Positions 44,560 to 60,186 of a stretch of 64,000 nucleotides of DNA are shown piece after piece. The translations under genes were made by a program, and so were the position numbers. The stretch is from NCBI RefSeq assembly GCF_009914755.1, contig NC_060928.1. One strand, written 5' to 3'. Numbering within the stretch: the first letter of the stretch is position 1; the number at the start of each line of letters is the position of its first letter. The notes under the pieces are model-generated. The model worked only from the letters and a program-made list of their open reading frames with translations. It was not told the origin of the DNA and did not search any database. This DNA is from the human T2T-CHM13v2.0 reference genome, Homo sapiens.

Positions 44560-45595
44560 GCCCCACCCCACACCCACAAGGATGGCTGTGATAAAAAACA
44601 GTAACAACAATAAATGTTGGCAAGGATGTGGAGAAACTGGAACCCCTGTGCACTGCTGGTGGGAAGGTCAACGGTGTGGCTGCTGCAGAAGACAGACTGG
44701 CAGTTCCTCAAAAAATTAAAAATAGAATCAACATATGATCTAGCAATTCTACTTCTGTGTATACACTCAAAAGAATGGAAAGCGGGGACTCAAATAAATA
44801 TATGTACATTTGTGTTCATAGCAGCATTATTCCGAGTGGCCAAAAAGTAAAAACAACCCAACATTCATTCATGGATGAATGGATAAACCAAGTGTGATCC
44901 ATCTATACCTTGGAATATTATTCAGTCATAAAAAGGAAAGAAGTCCTGACCCAGGCTACAACTTGGATGAACCTTGAAGATGTCGTAGTAAATGAATAAC
45001 ACACAAGGGCACAAATGTAGTCAGATTCCATTTGTAGGAGGTCCCAAGAGTATTCAGATTCATAGAGACAGAAGATGGGTCTCAGGGGCTGGGGATGGGT
45101 AAATGGGGAGGGAGTGTTTAATGGGGACAGAGTCTCAGTTTGGGAAGGTGAGAACATTCTAGAGACAGATGATGGCTGCACAACAATGTAAATGTGCATA
45201 ATGCTACTGTACTGTACACTTAAAAATGGTTACAAGGGCCACACGCGGTAGCTCACACCTGTAATCCCAACACTTTGGGAGGCCGAGGTGGGTGGATCAC
45301 GAGGTCAGGAGATCGAGACCATCCTGGCTAACACGGTGAAACCCTGTCTCTACTAAAAAATACAAAAAATTAGCCGGGCATGGTGGCAGGCACCTGTAGT
45401 CCCAGCTACTCAGGAGGCTGAGGCAGGAGAATGGCGTGAACCCTTGAGGCGGAGCTTGCCGTGAGCCGAGATCATGCCACTGCACTCCAGACTGGCAGAG
45501 AGAGTGAGACTCCATCTCAAAAAAAAAAAAAAGAAAAAAAAATGGTTACAAAGATAAATTTCATGTCATGTGTATTTTATGACACACAAAAAAAG
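44560..45595 (+). mobile_element. L1MB-like 3' end interrupted by AluY
   Basis: TGTTGGCAAGGATGTGGAGAAACTGGAACCC, GGATGAACCTTGAAGA, GTACACTTAAAAATGGTTA. Confidence 0.88.
45237..45537 (+). mobile_element. AluY SINE
   Basis: AluY diagnostics; TSD AAAAATGGTTACAA. Confidence 0.93.
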
Positions 45596-45789
45596 ATATT
45601 GGAGAAAAAGAAAAAGACTCAGAAGCCAATATGATGAGGCCCCTACTGGCCAAAGGTGGAGAATTTGACTTCCCTAAGGATAACACAGGTAATGACTGCC
45701 ATCCGCTGAGATGCACTGGAGATGGTCACGTTCACGAGTCTGTAAAGATTAAAACAGAAATCTAACTGACCACATCTGAGGGACATTGC

Positions 45790-46830
<1,041 letters not shown>

Positions 46831-47524
46831 TGATGGGTCCCAGGCTGAGAAGGGCCTGTGTGGTTCCCATGAGCTCCTAATGGCATTTGGGGAGATTAGA
46901 AAGAGCCAGCATTCCAGGTCGGCCATGGACAATCATGAATCATGATGTCACTAATTCTCCCTTGCAGGATTTTACCATCCAGAAATCATTTTCTCATCTG
47001 ACCTGCACAACATCCTGACACGGAAAGAAGATTGGACCGGACTTCTCCATTCTGTTGTGCAGGGCAAAGAGGCTAAAACACAGAGACATTCAGACACCTG
47101 CCCAAGGCCACACAGCTGAGCTAGGATTTCTGTCCTGGTCTCTGCCTTTCTGCCCCAGGGCAGACCCCTCACCCCTCACTCACCACAGGTTTCTCACCTG
47201 CTTGGAGATTACTTGGTACCTGGGTCAGGCCTTCTCTCTCAGCCTGCTGGGTAACCTGGCAAAGCTTGGAAATTGCCCCACTTTTGTGTCCCTGTATTTG
47301 TTCACGTGACAAACACTGGGATCAGTGGACTGGCTGTTGGGGGATGGGTGCAGACCACCTGGCTGAGTCGGGCTCATAGCAGGTCCTCACCAAGGCCTGG
47401 TGAGCCTGCGTCTTACGTGGTAATTGGTTTCCGTCAGGGTAGCAAGCTGAGCCAGGACCCTGTTGTTGGCTATGCCAGGGCTTCCTGCTTCTCCCGCTAA
47501 CATGGCATTATCAAGGGACTTCCG

Positions 47525-47826
47525 GTTGTCAAGACACCAACAGGATCAGATGGCACACTTAACACAGGGTGGCAAGAGGAGGGTCTAGTCTGGATGGTGT
47601 GGTGTAAGGGGCACAAGGAAGGGTCTAGTGCCTGGGTTTGCTGCAGCTGAGCTCTTACCACCTCTAGTCCTTATGGGACAAGGTAGGCAGGTGATTATGG
47701 CAGAGAGAGAGAGAAACAGAGAGAGAGACAGAGGAGAGAGGCAGATGGCGAGACAGAGACAGAGAGACAAAGAGAAAGAGGAAGGAGGGAGAGAGAAGGA
47801 GGGAGGGAGAGACAGAGAGACACAGT

Positions 47827-47857
<31 letters not shown>

Positions 47858-48110
47858 CAGCAGAGGGAGGGACCCTCAGCTGGAGGACACTCCAGCTCCC
47901 GGCAACCTCGTGGGGAAGAGCCAGGGCACTGAGGACCTGATCTTGCTCTTCTCCCTCCTGCTACTCTCCACTGGGTTCCCTTCTGGACAAACCTGGCTGG
48001 AAGGCACAGGTTGCAGAAGTCCAGAGATACACCCATGCAGGTCAGCACAGTGGAGCAAGGGGCAGCAGAGGGAGGACGTGGAGAAACAGAAGTGGAAGTG
48101 GAGAACTCAA
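47525..48110 (-). mobile_element. Ancient ERVL-type LTR remnant with internal (GA)n expansion at 47700-47860
   Basis: CAGATGGCACACTTAA and CCATGCAGGTCAGC blocks resemble LTR33/LTR67-type elements. The GA tract is directly visible; the family is uncertain. Confidence 0.4.
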
Positions 48111-49442
48111 GCTACCCTTGGGTTAATGCGCTATGAGTCACCCCGTGATCACTAGACCTATAAGTAAGCATATAGAGGAATCCCCCATTTCCTCCCCAAA
48201 AGGAGGGGAATATAAGTAAATTCCCACTTTGAGTGTGTGTGTGTTGGGAGGTAGAATAGGAGGATTTCTGCACTGCAAAGCAGCCTGCCTCCAGAGGCTT
48301 GCAGGCAGAAGCTAGAGGGAACTTTGGAGTCAGAAGAGACTGGACGCAAGGTGTGGGCCTTCCAGGGAGGCTGCATAGGATGGTGGAAGATGCCCAGCTT
48401 TGGACCAGAGAGATCAGGGTTGAAACAACAGCTCCCCAGCTGTGGGATCCAGAGGCCAAAGATGCCCCCGCTTTGAGGCTTCTCCGCCACATCTACAAAA
48501 GGGTAAAGCCGCCTGTTTTCAGGGGTAATTGGAGAGATCATGCTAAGTTGAATGAATGAAGTGCCTGAGAGTTGCTAGTCAGTGCTGTCAACCTGCAGAT
48601 TCCTGAGAGGCATCAGAGAGCAGGAAGCCCCAGGAGAGGCATGTGGCTGGAGCTGCCCAGGGCTGGAGAGGCGACAGAGCCCCCAGCCTTGGTGGGGAGG
48701 CATTCTTCAGCAACAGAGTTTTGGGGGCCCAGACATTTGAAAAACATTTCAAGACATCTAAAGAGCTATGAAGACACGTGGCTTTGCTTAGGCCCTGACT
48801 GGAGCCGCCTTTCTTGTGGGATTCGGCCCCGTTCGCTCTCCGGGCCCAAGGAGCCAAGAGGGGAAAATGAAAAACAAAGTTTTAAGGAGTTATCGCAGCT
48901 TCGTTCCTTCCTTGCTGCCTCTCCTTCCCTTTCAAGTTGACAGAAGAGAGCTTCTCCCCCTCCCAGCTTTTGTGCAAATGTGAAATGGAGCATTTTCGCC
49001 GTCTCGGGCACCACATTTGATTCCGATTTGCACCTGGAGTGTGATGACAAGCGCCCTTGGCCGGTAATGGACGAGGCCAGGCTCTAGGCAGGGGAAGCCC
49101 CAGGCACCGGTGTTATTAGTCTTGCTGCTGTAGCTATCACCAAGCGGGCCAGCAAGTACTAGCAGACTCCCAGCGCCATGGGGGGTGGGGAAGCAGGAAG
49201 CCACATGGCCACTCCACCCTAGAGGGTCAGGGGTCACTGTGGGGGAGCAAGTGACCATGCCAGGCCAGGTATGGACAACCCTGTGCGTGGACTCTGTGGG
49301 CAATTAGATGGACCAACAAGGGGGAGGTAATGCAGCTGCTGGAGTGTCTCTAGCCAAGGTAGTTTGGACAGTGGTGGGGCTGGGGAGTCTGGTGATGGTT
49401 AATGCATTTGCCTCTGTCCTAGGGGACAAAGTTACCCCATTA

Positions 49443-49864
49443 TGTTGTAGACCCTGAATCCAATGCCATTCTCCTCCCCAGGTCTTTGCCCTGTAACCTG
49501 GAGGTGTCTTTCCACTCTGGCTCTGCTCAGCCTGTGACTTTCTTTTGCCAATAGAATGAGGCAGACATGAACGATGTCAGTTTCAAGTCCTGACCTCTTG
49601 GAGCCTTGTGTGTTCCTTTGAGCTCTCCGGTTCCTCCACTCCCCACATGAGCCTGTGCCCAAGCCAGTGGGCTGGAGGAAGTGATCCCCACAGCACAGAG
49701 CCACATCCTCCCATTGTCTCAGCTAAGGCTTGCCAAATCTGCAGAGCCCCCATGGTCCCTGGTCGGTCCCCCAGCTGACCATAGACACCTGAGCCATGAA
49801 TGGTCACCATCATACCCCACTGAGTGTGGGCTGGTTTTGTTAAGCAGCAAAAGCTACCCGATGC
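49443..49864 (+). mobile_element. Old MaLR LTR (MLT1G/H-like)
   Basis: CTGTGACTTTCTTTTGCCAATAGAATG, CCACTGAGTGTGGGCTGGTTTTGTTAAGCAGCAAAAGCTA. Confidence 0.68.
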
Positions 49865-50971
49865 AGAGGCCTGCTGCAGGTGAGTATCCTGGCGATCACC
49901 TGCTACTCCTTTGTTACCTGTTCACCTTCTCCATCGGGCTGAGGATGCTGATTACCTCCAGGGCCCTTCTACCCCAGGGCACCCAGACTTTCCTCACCCC
50001 GACTTGAGCCCACCCCCAACCACAACAGGACAAGAAGCCACATTGAGAAGCAGCAGCACCAGGGACCTGAAAGCATGCTGCCTTTGGAGGTCCGTGTCCC
50101 AGCTCTGCCACATGCCAGCCATGGGACTTGGGCAAGGGACTTAGGCTCCTGATGGATGACCTGTGCTGTTAACTAGCACCTGGTAGCCAAAGTTTCTATG
50201 CAGGCTACACTTGCCACATATAAAGTGCTGGACATACACTTTATGTTGGCACTCAGCAAGTGAGGGCCCCTGGCAGCAGCCCATTCAAGAGTCAGGAACA
50301 GCAGCAGGACCTCAGGCCGGGCTCTCATCCAGCCTCTCTGTGCAGTGTGCTACCTGGCTGGGCTGGATCTTTCTTCCCTCTGGGAGAGTGAGCAGGAGAG
50401 ACGTTGCCAAGTGCAAATTTGATAACCAGACACCGCGCTGGGGCTTGCGGACAGCCCAGCCTGCCTTTGATCCCAGGCTGTCTGGGCTGGCTGCTCTCTA
50501 GCCGCCAAGGGTCTGTTTTCCATTTTGAGTTCAGCTGGGCCCGCCCGTATGGAAGATCGGTTTTCAGGCCCCAGCAGACAAAGTCATGGGCAGGAAGGAA
50601 AGGCACACCCTTTTCCCTTTCTCTGTGGTGGTTCCCTCAGCTCCCCTGGCCCCCAGGAGCAAGAGGAGGGCTGCTGGAAAATTTTCCCATGGGATGGAAA
50701 TTTTCCCAGATGCTGGAAAATTTGCCGTGGGTTGGAAACAAGGATGCTCCCAGATGGGAGGAGCTCCCAGAGTGGCTCTGCAGGGCCTCAGCACAGTTGA
50801 GGTCACCAGCTGCATGGTAATGTGCAGAGCCTGGGTGCCAGGTCTCCATTAGGTTTCTGAGAGGTTTGGCAAAGCAGCAAATGAGGATTCTGAGGGTGGG
50901 AATTAAGTTGGTGAAGGAATAGGAGGGTCTTGACCTTGGCGGTTGCTCAGAGCATACTTGTTGAATAAATC

Positions 50972-51623
50972 CATGGATGGGTGGAAAAATAGGTAGATGG
51001 GTGGATAGCTGAGTGGGTGGGTGGATGGATGGATGGGTAGGTGGATGGATTGGTTAATGGGTGGATAGATAAGTGAGCGGGTAGATAGATGAAAGAGTGG
51101 ATGGGTTAAGGGATGGATGAGTGTGTGGATGGATAAGCGGATGGATGGATGGGTGAGTGGGTGGATGGGTGGATGGATGCATGAATAGGTGGATGGATGG
51201 ATGGATGGATAAATGGGTGGGTGGATAGATGGATGGATGGATAGATCGATGCGTGGGTGGATAGATGAGTGGATGGATGGGTGAGCCGGTAGATGGATGG
51301 ATGGATGGATGAATGGGCAGATAGATGGATGGATGGGTGCATAGATAAGTGGGTGGGTGGATAGATGGATGAGTAGATGGGTTAATGAATGAATGGGTGA
51401 ATGGATGGATGAGTGGGTGGATGGATGAGTGGATGGATGGGTGGATGGATGCATGAATGGGTGGGTGGATGAATGGATGGATGGATAGATAAATGAATGG
51501 GTGGACAGATGGATGGATGGATGGGTGGGTGAATGGGTGGGTGGGTGAGTGAGTGGATGGATGCATGGTTGGGTGGATGGATATGTAGGTGGATAGTTGA
51601 ATAGATAGATGCTAGATGGATGA
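50972..51623. repeat. Degenerate (GGAT/GGGT/GAAT)n microsatellite
   Basis: About 650 bp of tetramer variants following an L2-like tail (TACTTGTTGAATAAAT). Confidence 0.97.
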
Positions 51624-51907
51624 ATTTCACCCTGCTTTGGCTCTAAAGAAGAAAGGATCATGATGTTCTCATTGACAGAAGGATAGTCATAAGCCTTGGC
51701 CTGCTCTCCTCTTGGGGTAAAACAAGGTAATGGTTTGAGAGTCATGTGGGATGACAATGTGTGTCATAAGAAGAAACAGAAACTTGGAATCAGACTTGGA
51801 ATCTTGGCCAAACTACTTTCTCTCACTGTAGACTTGGGCAAGTCCCCAGATATCAGGTTGGAGAATGAGGGGCCTTGTCTCTTTGCTTGCCTTTGTCCAT
51901 GCATCAC

Positions 51908-52290
51908 TGCCACAGAATTAATTGTGTCCTCCTCCCTCACCACCCCAATTCATATGTCAATGCTCTAACCTCCCATGTGACTATATTTGGAGGTAGGGCT
52001 TTGGGGAGATAACCGAGTTTAGATGAGGTCCTGAGGGTGAGGTCCTTGTGGTGGGCTTAATGCCCTTATGGGAAGAAAAGAGACATCAGAGCATGCACTC
52101 TCTCTGCCATGTGCAGACACGGTGAGAAGGTGGCTGTCTACACGCCAGAAAGACTCCTCACTAGGAACTGAATTGGCACCTAGACCTCAAACTCCCAGCC
52201 TCCAGTACTGTGAGGACATACATGTCTGTTGTTTGTCTATGCTGTCCAGTCTGTGGAATTTTCTTAGGGCAGCCTGAGCTGACTCATCTG
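51908..52290 (+). mobile_element. MaLR LTR (MLT1A0-like)
   Basis: AATTCATATGTCAATGCTCTAACC, TTAGATGAGGTCCTGAGGGTG, GCAGCCTGAGCTGACT. Confidence 0.85.
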
Positions 52291-52454
52291 GCACACAGTA
52301 GCAATGAAACACGCATTTACCACCCAGCACAATCACTCTGAACCTCCGTTTGTTCAAGTGAAAAATGGGGACAGTAGTAGCCACCCCCCTCCTGGAGGGT
52401 GTTGTGAAGTCAGCCACCGTGAGTGGAGCTGTAATGGCTGCACACGGTGACACT

Positions 52455-52608
52455 CTTTCATTTCATTTTATTTTTTCATTAAAAAAAATTTAGAGATAAG
52501 TTCTCACTATGTTGCCCACAGTGGTCTCAAACTCCCGGTGTCAAGCAACCCTTCCACCTTGGCCTCCCAAAGTGCTGAGATTACAGGCATGAGCCAAAGC
52601 GCCCAGCC
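52455..52608 (-). mobile_element. FLAM / Alu left monomer
   Basis: CTCACTATGTTGCCC...TTACAGGCATGAGCC, single arm. Confidence 0.85.
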
Positions 52609-53055
52609 AAGATGACACTATTTTAACAGGTTATCCTATCCTAATCATTAAATAAAGGACCTTAAGCGGCGTGGAATCAGTAACGACATGCCTGTCTCAT
52701 AATGGGCGGTACATTTCAAGACAGGTCTTGCTTCCTTCACAGGATGACTGCAGGTTAGCCAGGTGGGTGGTCTCAGGGGGGGCTAGTCCACTCCATGCTG
52801 CATGGGGACCTAGTCTCTGATCCTAAGTGCAGCCACCATGTCTCTCCTCGTGGTTCCACGATGGCTACCCCTACTCCACCGATCTTGTCACACCACAGCG
52901 ACCAAACAGGAAGCAAGGGGGACTGCTGCTCTGGCCAAGGGAACTCTCCCTTTCACTGATGAGGAGAGAAAACGTTCCCAGATGTCCCACGTCTCATTGT
53001 CCTGACTTGAATCACAAGCCCTTCTGGAAGGGATTGAATTGCCATGACCTTACAT

Positions 53056-53414
53056 CAAGGATCGGTGAACTATTTCTGTGAAGGGCCTGATGGTGAATAG
53101 TTTTGGCTTTGGGAGCCATATGATCTCTGACTCAACCATGAGATTGTAGCACAAAAGCAGCCACATGCCGGGCACACTCGTGCCCACCTGTAGCCCCAGC
53201 TACTCCAGAGGCTGAAGTGGGAGGATTACTTGAACCCAAGAGTTCAAGATCAGCCTGGGCAACATAGCAAGACCCTGTCTCTTAAAAAAAAAAAACCAGC
53301 CACAGATGATGCAAAAATAAATGGATGTGGCTGTGTTTCAATAAAACTTGATTTACAAAAATAAGCAATGAGTAAGATTTGTTCCACAGGCCAAATATAG
53401 TTTGCTGATCTCTG
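53056..53414 (+). mobile_element. MER58A-like hAT fossil interrupted by a FLAM (53166-53295)
   Basis: AACTATTTCTGTGAAGGGCC...GGCTGTGTTTCAATAAAACTT...TAGTTTGCTGATCTCTG; FLAM TSD AAAA(G/C)CAGCCACA. Confidence 0.85.
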
Positions 53415-54237
53415 CCTTAGACCAAATGATACTCACCCCTTGGGGCTGGCCAAATTGCAACCAGTGAATCTGCCAGAAGCGTTTAAGCCGGCCCTGCATC
53501 TCCTGGGTTGGGAGGAGCAGTGGCCAGTGCTGCCTGACCTTCCAGCAGAGGACTTCCCATGCCTCCATTCTGGGAAGCAGAGAGGGACCAGCAGCTGAGT
53601 GTGGCCTGGATGGGACACAGAGGTGGGGGGGCATTGCTGAGGCCGAGCCTGTTGCACATATTGGGAACAGCAGAAGGGACATGTAGGGCATAGCTATGGA
53701 GACCCAGGGGCACAGCGTGACTGTTAGAATCACCCCGACTCTTGCCAGTGGAGGGATGTCCCTGTCCCTCCTCTGGGGGCTGATGCCTGGGCCCGCTGTG
53801 CATCTGGGATCTGCATTCTCACATGCTGCCTCAGTGGCTCTGAAAATCAAGTAAATCTGGAAACGCTGGTATGCTCTCCTTTTATTCTCCAAGGAATTCT
53901 TTGGGACAGGTGACAGTCTCTCTCTTAAAGTTGGGGAAATGGAGGCACAGGGTTGTGAAGGTGCATTCAATCTGAGAATTCACCCCATGTGAGTCTGCAG
54001 ATGGCAGCGTCTGCTACCAACCTGGGTGCAGAGTCGGCAGCCCAGAGAGTCAACCAGAACCCTTCTAGAGCGCAGTATGGTGTGGTTTTGAGCACTCAGG
54101 CATGTTTCAAAGTTCTGGCCCTTAGACCTAGTAATTCTCTTCCAAAGAGCCGTTCAGGAAACAGGGATGTAGAGCCAGAAACATCTACATGTTGTTCATG
54201 TTTTTATCATGATGTATTTACCATGATTGTACAATCC

Positions 54238-55424
<1,187 letters not shown>

Positions 55425-58400
55425 TTATGCCCACGTCCCGCTTCTTCTGTGGCTCCCGACGTAGCAGAGATTCTTGCACCCATTTTACTGAGGAAACAGG
55501 ATCAGAGAGGTGATGCTGGGGGCCCAGGGCCACATCCGCTTTTGACTGGGGTGGGGGAAACGACAGAGTCCACCTCCTCCCACTGTGCTGTCTTTCCTGG
55601 GATGTGTGGGGCAGGGAGGATGACCCGCCAGCAGTGTGGGGAGACACAGGCCATCTCCAGCCGTCCCGCCCACCAGTGCGCTGTGTCTCTCCCGCCTCTG
55701 GATTGTAGAGTGTCTCTCTGCACAACACACTCACACGGAGGCACGGGGAAGGGCAGCAGCGAGAAAGAATTGCAGAGGAAGAGGCAGGGGTTTCTGCGGG
55801 AGCTGTTCTGGGCGTCGCTCCTGTATCGCCCAGGTCCTCCCGGACACTGCTGTCAATGGGTATTTGGTTCTTTCCCGTCCCTTCCCCGGAGGCCTGGCCT
55901 GCAGCTCCCCGCAAGGCCACTGCGTGGCGCCCTGTACCCCAGGCGGGACGGCCGGCGCCGAGCCCAGGATTCGTCCACGCCTCGCGCAGTGGAGCTTACG
56001 GGAGATGCGCGACCGTCATCCTTCCCTTCTGGTGACATCTTCCCAGGCCCTACTTTCAACACATTCTATAATTTCTCTAATTAAAAAAAAGATTAACAAT
56101 GGAAAATCCCCTTAGGAAGAGATTATTAATGAAGAAATTGTGTTCACTTTCCCATTCCAACGATTGCATGAATGTTCGTGTGCTGTGTGGCCTCACGGGG
56201 AGGGTGCTGTTTATCTTTGAGGCACTGGGCCGGGGGCGGAACCCAGGGTCCATTCCTGCTCCCTTTACCACCAGCTGGGTGGCGCCGGGCAAGTCCCTCT
56301 CCCAGCTGTGCCCCTGGAGTGCACAGGCCCGTGCTCTGGTTCTCTGTGGAGACTCCCGGAAGGCAGTCTGAGACTAGATGGAGGGTGCAGGCACCCGGCT
56401 CATCCCCAGAACAATGGCAAGACCAAACCCAACCAGTGACATTGGTAAGGAGAGAGCTCCTGTTGCTTTCTTCCAAGGAAGAGCTCGCAATCAAAGGCGG
56501 GGCTTGCTGTGCACGTGTGTGCAGAGAATGGAGGAGGCAGCAGAGGGCTGGATTCATTGAGCTCATGAGTCGTTGAAAGAAATTTAATTTTAAAAGACTA
56601 GTTCATTCCAAAACATTCGCTGAGGACCCGCTATGTGCTGGGCCAGGGGCCAGCGCTGGAGGCAGGATGACGAGACAGGCTCCTGCTCCCAAGGAGGTGT
56701 TCGTCACCTGTAGGGGACAGACAGAGGAATCTGGCGTGGCACCCCTGCTGGCAACCCCGAGGTGGAGGAAAGCATGGAGGGGTATGAGAGGCCCCGACCC
56801 ATCCTCAGCAGGCCAGGGAGGCATCCTGGAGAGATCCGAATCTTAAAGGATGGCTGAGGGTAGAGAACCGAGTAGACAGGGAAGGAAGAAAGAGCATCGG
56901 CGAAGGCCGGACAGAGGCTTGCCAGGTGCAGGGAGCAAGTGCGTGCATTTGGGGTGGAGGGAGGGCCTGGCTGGAGAGGTGGGGGCTGACCGTGGGATGC
57001 CCTGTGCACCCTCAGCTCATGGGCTCTGGATCCATCTTGAACAGCTGTGCAACCACAGATTTAACCCTTAAACACTGTGAGCCTCAGTTTCCTTCTCTGT
57101 AAAATGGAGATGATAATCTCTCCCTATAGGGCTGGCATCTGGAGGGAATGTAAACTATGGAGTGCTGGGCATGGGGTCCGAGGAGGCACCAGCAGGGATG
57201 AGCCGCCTCCTGCTCTCTCCCTGCCCCAAATAATTGTCTGATCTCACCTGAATGGGGAGCAAGATGGTACTCTTCCTCTGACAGGCATGGCCCAGCCCAC
57301 TTTCTCTCTGCCTGGCAGCTGTAGCTTGCTTTATGAATCAGACCTTCCATAGGGGTCATTCTCCTGACCCCTATCCTGCCCACCTGTGATCTTCCTGAGT
57401 CACCAGCAAAGGCCTCATAGCCACACAGGACCCTGGGGCCCACAGTCTCTGTCCCCGTTTGGAACACTGGAGCACGCGTGCCTGACCCGTCCCTTTGCAC
57501 TGAGGGCACCAGTGCTCTCCTGCCCCGGGCCTGCTGGCTGCACAGGTGGAGTCTGGGGGTACGATGGGTCACAGAACCAGAAGGCAGGACACCTGGGGAC
57601 ACCAGGCAAACAGGTTCCCTTCTTGAATTGGGTGGGCCGGGGTGCCCACATCTGCAAAATTAAGTGGTTGGAAGAGGCCAAGTCTGCAACTCCGTGTTCT
57701 AGGTGTCAGTGTTTGTGTTCAGGGTCAGGTGACACAGACAGAGAGACAGACATTGAGAGAGAGAGGGAGAATGAGCCTAGATGTCAATGTTCTCAGGCCT
57801 GATTGAAAAAAAGAGTAGGAAGCAGGAAGACTTTGGGGTCAATACGCACTGTGAGGGGAGGGGCTGCTGGCCCCCGTGTCTGGAGCTCAACAGCTCCCAG
57901 TGCTCTTTCTGGTCTCGCCTTCCATGCATTCAGTAAGCGCTGTTGCACCCCTGCTGGGCGCTGAGCGTGTGCCGGGCACAAGGACGCTCTCGAGAACAGG
58001 GCAGTAGGTTCTGCCTGCGTGGAGCTTGCCTCCTATCACAGGACAAGGGATTTATGAAAACTGCAGCCGCTGTAGATATGACAGGAAGGGAGGGGATGAT
58101 GGCAGGAGCCCAGCAGAGGAGTTGGGAGCTTGTGGGCCGGGCTGCAGGGCTGAAGGAGCAGGCAGGGTGCAAGCTGAGCAAGGACTTCTGGTCGCCCAGG
58201 GAGCCACCTGGGACCACGTGTTGCAGGCAGAAGCAGCAAAGGCCCTGGGGTGGGTGGTGCTGCATGTTCTGGGACATGCCACGGCCGTGTGGCTGCAGGT
58301 GCTCTTGGGGGGTTGAAGTTGGGTCGCAGGAAACTGGGGTTGGATCAGGCAGGGCTTTGGGCCAACATGTGACTTTTGGGTCTTTCTCCAAACTCAGGCA

Positions 58401-58666
58401 TGGCAGGACCTTGAAGAGCAGGGATGTACTCACCTGGCATTTAGTGACCGTGTGACTGTATTGACACGGGAGGCTTCCGATGCCCTGCTGCAGGGCCTGG
58501 AGCTCACAGCTCTGCCACAGCATCTGGCCCAGGCAGGGAGGATGGCCCTGGAACTCAGGGCTGTCAGCAGAAAAGGACCAGGTGGGGGTCCGTTTTGGAA
58601 CAAGCCCTGCCTTGGTGTAGAGGACAGATTGGAAGCTTTAGGAAAGCTCCATGTGCCCCTGAGGAA

Positions 58667-58949
58667 CACGAGGTCTGCAATGGGTGCAGCACTGCGCCCG
58701 CATCCATGTGAAGAGCACGAGGTCTGCGATGGGTGCAGCACTGCTCCCGCATCCATGTGAAGAGCACGAGGTCTGCGATGGGTGCAGCACTGCTCCCGCA
58801 TCCATGTGAAGATCACGAGGTCTGCGATGGGTGCAGCACTGCTCCCGCATCCACGTGAAGATCACCAGGTCTGCGATGGGTGCAGCACTGCGCCCGCATC
58901 CATGTGAAGATCACGAGGTCTGCGATGGGTGCAGCACTGCGCCCGCATC
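58667..58949. repeat. 49-bp VNTR, 5.8 near-identical copies
   Basis: CACGAGGTCTGCGATGGGTGCAGCACTGC(G/T)CCCGCATCCATGTGAAGA(G/T) at 58667, 58716, 58765, 58814, 58863, 58912. Confidence 0.98.
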
Positions 58950-59320
58950 AGTAGGGTCGGGTTTATGAAGCAGCTGCTCAGCCCCTTCCTGTCCTGGTAA
59001 AGTGTCCTCTGCTCATTGCATCGGATTTTGACAGAGCTGTGCCCAGACACCCCCTACGGTTGAGGCTGGGCTGTGGCTCCTCTCAGTTCTGTGAATTCTT
59101 GCTCTTTATGTTTTGAAGCCGCACTGTGAAGTGCACAAATCGCCCTGTATCCTGGGTGGAGCGGCCTGGCAATCGCTGTGCACTGAGGTATGCTACCAAA
59201 CCTTAAAGCCCCAAAGGTATCTGTCTGATACTAGTATAACCGCGCCAGCTTTAGGGGCTAGTGTTTGTGTGATGTATCTTTTTCTATACTCTAACGTTTT
59301 CTGGATCCTTATATTTAAAG

Positions 59321-60186
<866 letters not shown>

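Noticed and set aside
46948-46968. Splice acceptor CACTAATTCTCCCTTGCAG
   Set aside because: Branch point is too close to the AG and no partner exon is supported.
50903-51757. 284-aa His/Pro/Ser-rich ORF
   Set aside because: Translation of the (CCAT)n microsatellite.
58667-58949. CRISPR-like array
   Set aside because: Palindromic units are head-to-tail with no unique spacers, no cas genes, primate context.
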